DNA of 64,000 nt from Nitrospirota bacterium. GTDB lineage: Bacteria; Nitrospirota; UBA9217. Position numbers and translations under genes: made by a program. The number at the start of each line of letters is the position of its first letter. Within the stretch, counting starts at the first letter, position 1. Where the stretch lies: assembly GCA_963740085.1 (NCBI GenBank), contig CAVUCU010000007.1, forward strand, positions 1 through 64,000, written 5' to 3'. This document shows positions 60,872 through 64,000 of the stretch, piece by piece. Below the pieces are notes generated by a model that saw nothing but the letters and a program-made list of their open reading frames with translations, made no database searches and had not been told where the DNA came from.

Positions 60872-60972
60872 GCCACGAAGACTCCAAGACACAAAGAGAG
60901 CTCAAAGGATTAGGGTCTTAGTGAATCACAAACCTTTATATGATCTTCTTCGTGCCTTCGCGTCTTTGCGGC
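60872..60972. repeat. Intergenic palindromic repeat (9-nt-periodic family)
   Basis: Paralogue of 42980-43075, including shared flanks. Confidence 0.75.
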
Positions 60973-61007
60973 ATATTTGGTTCCGGCTTGTCCTTGGTCG
61001 GGATGGA

Positions 61008-61811
61008 TTATTTTTTCCCGGCCGGCAGGTTGAACCCCATCTTCGCAGAGACGGCTTTGCCTGCATCCTGCACCATGGAAATAAGAACGCCCTTTTCAAG
61101 GAGCTCTTCCGTGAGTCGGTACGACGGGGCAACGATGCCTACTGCGCCGATCACCTTCCGGGAAAAGTCCCTGACCGGCACAGCTATGCTCCGCACGTCC
61201 GGATCAGCCTCCTCGCGCTCAAGCGCATATCCTTTTTCAGCGATCTTTTTCAGTTCAGTGAGAAGGACATCGCGCGTCTTGATGCTCTTTTCGGTGAGCG
61301 GGGGCAAATTCACCTCCGGGTACAACCGCTCGATCTCAGCCGCCGGCAGAGCGGCAAGCTGCACTTTGCCCACCGCCGTGCAGTGGGCGGGAAGCATGGC
61401 GCCGATGCGCGAGGTCACGCGCACTGTCCTCGCCGACTCCGCGCTGTCCATATAGATCACCTTGTTCCCGCGCAGGACCGCCACGACAGAGGTCTCTCCC
61501 GATGCCGCCGTAAGGCCTTCGATGAGGGGCCGCGCATGGCGGCGGCACTCGCGCTGCTCGAAAAAGATCGCGCCGATCTGGACCGTCTTGGGGCCAAGGC
61601 GGTAGTTCTCGGACAACAGGTTCTGCTCGATGTAGCCGCGGTGCTCGAGCGTGGCAAGCAGCCGGAACACGTTGTTCTTGTGAAGCCCGAGCCGCTTCGA
61701 CAGTGCGGTCACGCCGAGTTCGTCCTCGGTCATGGTGAATGATTCCAGGATGTCGAGCGCGTGCGAGACCGACTGGATCGTATAATTTTCTTTTTCCCTC
61801 TTTATGACCAT
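61008..61811 (-). CDS. IclR-family transcriptional regulator
   Basis: IQSVSHALDILE HTH; PAHCTAVGKV. Confidence 0.92.
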   Translation of the reverse strand: MVIKREKENYTIQSVSHALDILESFTMTEDELGVTALSKRLGLHKNNVFRLLATLEHRGYIEQNLLSENYRLGPKTVQIGAIFFEQRECRRHARPLIEGLTAASGETSVVAVLRGNKVIYMDSAESARTVRVTSRIGAMLPAHCTAVGKVQLAALPAAEIERLYPEVNLPPLTEKSIKTRDVLLTELKKIAEKGYALEREEADPDVRSIAVPVRDFSRKVIGAVGIVAPSYRLTEELLEKGVLISMVQDAGKAVSAKMGFNLPAGKK

Positions 61812-61839
61812 GGTATGACACTCCCTTGCAAATTTGACC

Positions 61840-62259
61840 TTACTTCAGGTGCCCCGTCTTCTTGCCTTTTTGCACGGGATAACCCTTCGAGAACCAATCC
61901 GGCATGCCTGCCTGATATATCATGAGAGAGGTGTATCCCAGCTCAGTGGCCGCACCTGCGGCCATTCTGCTGAGGCCTCACTCCAAGCCTCTGCAATAAA
62001 AAATGATCAGTGCTGTTTTATTCTTCGGCAAATATGCGGCCCTGGCCTTCATCTCCTCCGGCATGATATTGATAGCTCCCGGGATGTGCGCCAGCTGATA
62101 TTCTTCAGCCGTCCTTGTATCGACAAGCACCGCGTTCTTTTTTCCCATCAAATATGACCGCAGTTGCTCCGCATCAATGACCGTAAATTGCGCCATGACT
62201 GACGTGGAAAATAAAAGCAGAATACCGAACAAAAACAGGAAGGTCCTTGTTTTAATCAT
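61840..62259 (-). CDS. Rhodanese-domain selenoprotein (Sec at UGA 61978-61980), 139 aa, with signal peptide
   Basis: HIPGA, FYCRGLE-U-GLS...ELGY...YQAGMPDW continues in frame past TGA; SECIS-like hairpin follows. Confidence 0.85.
61947..61964 (-). promoter_or_regulatory. Bacterial SECIS-like hairpin
   Basis: TGGCCGC-AGGT-GCGGCCA starting 13 nt after the UGA, with G in the apical loop. Confidence 0.75.
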
Positions 62260-62315
62260 AGTAAGTCCTCTCTTTTAAAACAGGTGTTTAATCTTAAGTC
62301 GCTACGGCGAGTTTG

Positions 62316-62864
62316 TCAAGAGGTAAGTCCCCAGAGGCCGAAGGCGATAAAGATCAGCGCGGCGAACCATTTGATCTGTTTTTCAGGGATGTTCTTGTGC
62401 ACTACGATGCCGGCAATGATCCCGATCGCGTCCGCGATCAGCATCCCGGTCGTGGTGCCGATCCATACCGGGATGACCGTATTGAAGTCAGCGGCAAGCG
62501 CCACGGTTGCGAGCTGGGTCTTGTCCCCCATCTCGGCGATAAAGAACGCCACCGCAACGGTCCAGAAGGGGCTGAAGTTGAACCTTTTGTCCTCGTCCGT
62601 CAGCTTGTCACCGCGGAGCGTCCAGAGACCGAAGAGAATGAAGGACACCGAAGCCGCGATCTTGAGGTAATTGAGCGGAATGATATTGGTGAGATAATTT
62701 CCCACGAGGACGGCGAACAGGTGGTTTGCAGCCGTCGCGACGAATACACCCCACATCACTGTCTGCCACCTGAACCGCGAGGCAAAGGCCATGGCCAGGA
62801 GCTGGGTCTTGTCGCCCATCTCGGCCAGGGCAACGATCGCAAGCGACGTGAGAAACGCCGTCAT
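62316..62864 (-). CDS. TMEM165/GDT1-family Mn/Ca transporter
   Basis: Two AEMGDKTQ motifs. Confidence 0.92.
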   Translation of the reverse strand: MTAFLTSLAIVALAEMGDKTQLLAMAFASRFRWQTVMWGVFVATAANHLFAVLVGNYLTNIIPLNYLKIAASVSFILFGLWTLRGDKLTDEDKRFNFSPFWTVAVAFFIAEMGDKTQLATVALAADFNTVIPVWIGTTTGMLIADAIGIIAGIVVHKNIPEKQIKWFAALIFIAFGLWGLTS

Positions 62865-63568
62865 GCAAGCATTTCTTTCTGTTTTTTTACAAGCGCGCGA
62901 ATGCCTTTCTCGCCGAGCGTGAGAAGTTCTGTGAGCTCTGCCTTGGAGAACGGTTCGCCCTCGGCAGTGCCCTGCACCTCAACGATCCTGCCCTTGCCCG
63001 TCATCACGAGGTTCATGTCAACTTCCGCTGTCGAATCCTCGGTGTAGCAAAGGTCGAGCATGGGTTTCCCGTCTACGATGCCGACGCTGATCGCGGCAAG
63101 ATAGTCATTGACCGGCACGTCCTCGATCAGCCCCTGCCTTTTTACATGTCGAAGCGCGTCAACGAGCGCGATATAGGCACCGGTGATCGATGCCGTGCGC
63201 GTTCCGCCGTCCGCCTGGATCACGTCGCAGTCGATCAGTACGGACCGTTCGCCAAGCGCCTTCATGTCCACCACCGAGCGAAGGGACCTGCCGATGAGCC
63301 GCTGGATCTCGTGCGTACGGCCGCCCACCTTGCTCCGTTCGCGCTGGATCCTCTGGCCCGAGGAGCGCGGAAGCATGGCGTATTCCGCCGTGACCCAGCC
63401 CGTGCCTTTGCCGCGCAGAAAAGAAGGGACGGAATTCTCGACCGTGGCCGTGCAGATGACCCGCGTGTCGCCCATCTCGATCATCACCGAGCCCTCCGCC
63501 GCCTTGATGTAATTCCTGATGATCTTCAGCTTGCGGAGCTCGTCCGCCTTTCTTCCGTCTTTACGCAT
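62861..63568 (-). CDS. rph: Ribonuclease PH
   Basis: [28 protein letters not shown]. Confidence 0.97.
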   Translation of the reverse strand: MRKDGRKADELRKLKIIRNYIKAAEGSVMIEMGDTRVICTATVENSVPSFLRGKGTGWVTAEYAMLPRSSGQRIQRERSKVGGRTHEIQRLIGRSLRSVVDMKALGERSVLIDCDVIQADGGTRTASITGAYIALVDALRHVKRQGLIEDVPVNDYLAAISVGIVDGKPMLDLCYTEDSTAEVDMNLVMTGKGRIVEVQGTAEGEPFSKAELTELLTLGEKGIRALVKKQKEMLA

Positions 63569-63919
63569 TAAACGTCTCCTCTCGGTCTCCCCAACCGCAT
63601 AACTATAGTAATATCCATGGGTTATGTCAATTCGTTTTTTTTATACAGTTTGACACCTCGTATATTTTCCGTTAAAGTCGGGAAAAATCACTCAATCATT
63701 GGTTAACCACTATGCAAACCTGCGACTGGACATCCGTAATACAGGATGCTTCCGTCACGATAGCATCACTTGCCGTGATCTTCGGGATTGATGCATGGCG
63801 TCGTGAGCACATCGGAAAGCGCCGTATGGAGCTGGCAAAGGAAGTACTTTACTTCTTATGTTCCTTCCCAAATAATGCTTGCGTAATATATAAAAACTTA
63901 TATAATATAAGTCCTGATT

Positions 63920-64000
63920 ATGAAACCGCTAAACTTCATAGGTTCAAGCTTGGACGACCTTCGGAACTTCCCGGATGAAGCTCGCAAAGCGGCAGGTTTT
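63920..64000 (+). CDS. RelE/Gp49-like type II toxin (5' part, runs off the window)
   Basis: MKPLNFIGSSLDDLRNFPDEARKAAGF. Confidence 0.7.
   Translation, partial: MKPLNFIGSSLDDLRNFPDEARKAAGF

Overview
Bacterial chromosomal window. Gene content suggests an anaerobic, cytochrome-rich organism such as a Nitrospirota or Desulfobacterota lineage (inference). Scattered single-base frameshifts in conserved genes suggest an uncorrected long-read assembly. (1) Bases 1-13516 look like the right part of a genomic island ending in a 3' tRNA-Sec (selC) fragment. The island carries an AT-rich, minus-strand array of nuclease-like and hypothetical genes separated by about 8 attC-like AAC...GTT hairpins. Facing the array divergently, in the usual intI position, is a 279-aa tyrosine recombinase that lacks the IntI-specific insertion; this is the best candidate for an undescribed integron-like system. 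The island also carries hicAB, tatA and a metal-uptake locus headed by a hidden HHH/CxxC/RAPP leader peptide. (2) Bases 15.8-29.5 kb hold an IS1182 and a Geobacter-like electron-transfer cluster: a sigma54 promoter and GEMM-Ib (cyclic AMP-GMP-type) riboswitch upstream of a thrombospondin-repeat multiheme lipoprotein, duplicated c7-type cytochromes, an outer-membrane barrel, an 11-heme cytochrome and a NrfCD-type quinol oxidoreductase. (3) Bases 29.5-63.6 kb are mostly housekeeping (atpI/Z, hemL, mobB, tatC, queF, argD/F, ResB/ResC, nfnAB, phoH, tsaC, purE/D, larE, rph), interspersed with ~100-bp palindromic repeats, plus a hidden selenoprotein (rhodanese with in-frame UGA and SECIS hairpin).
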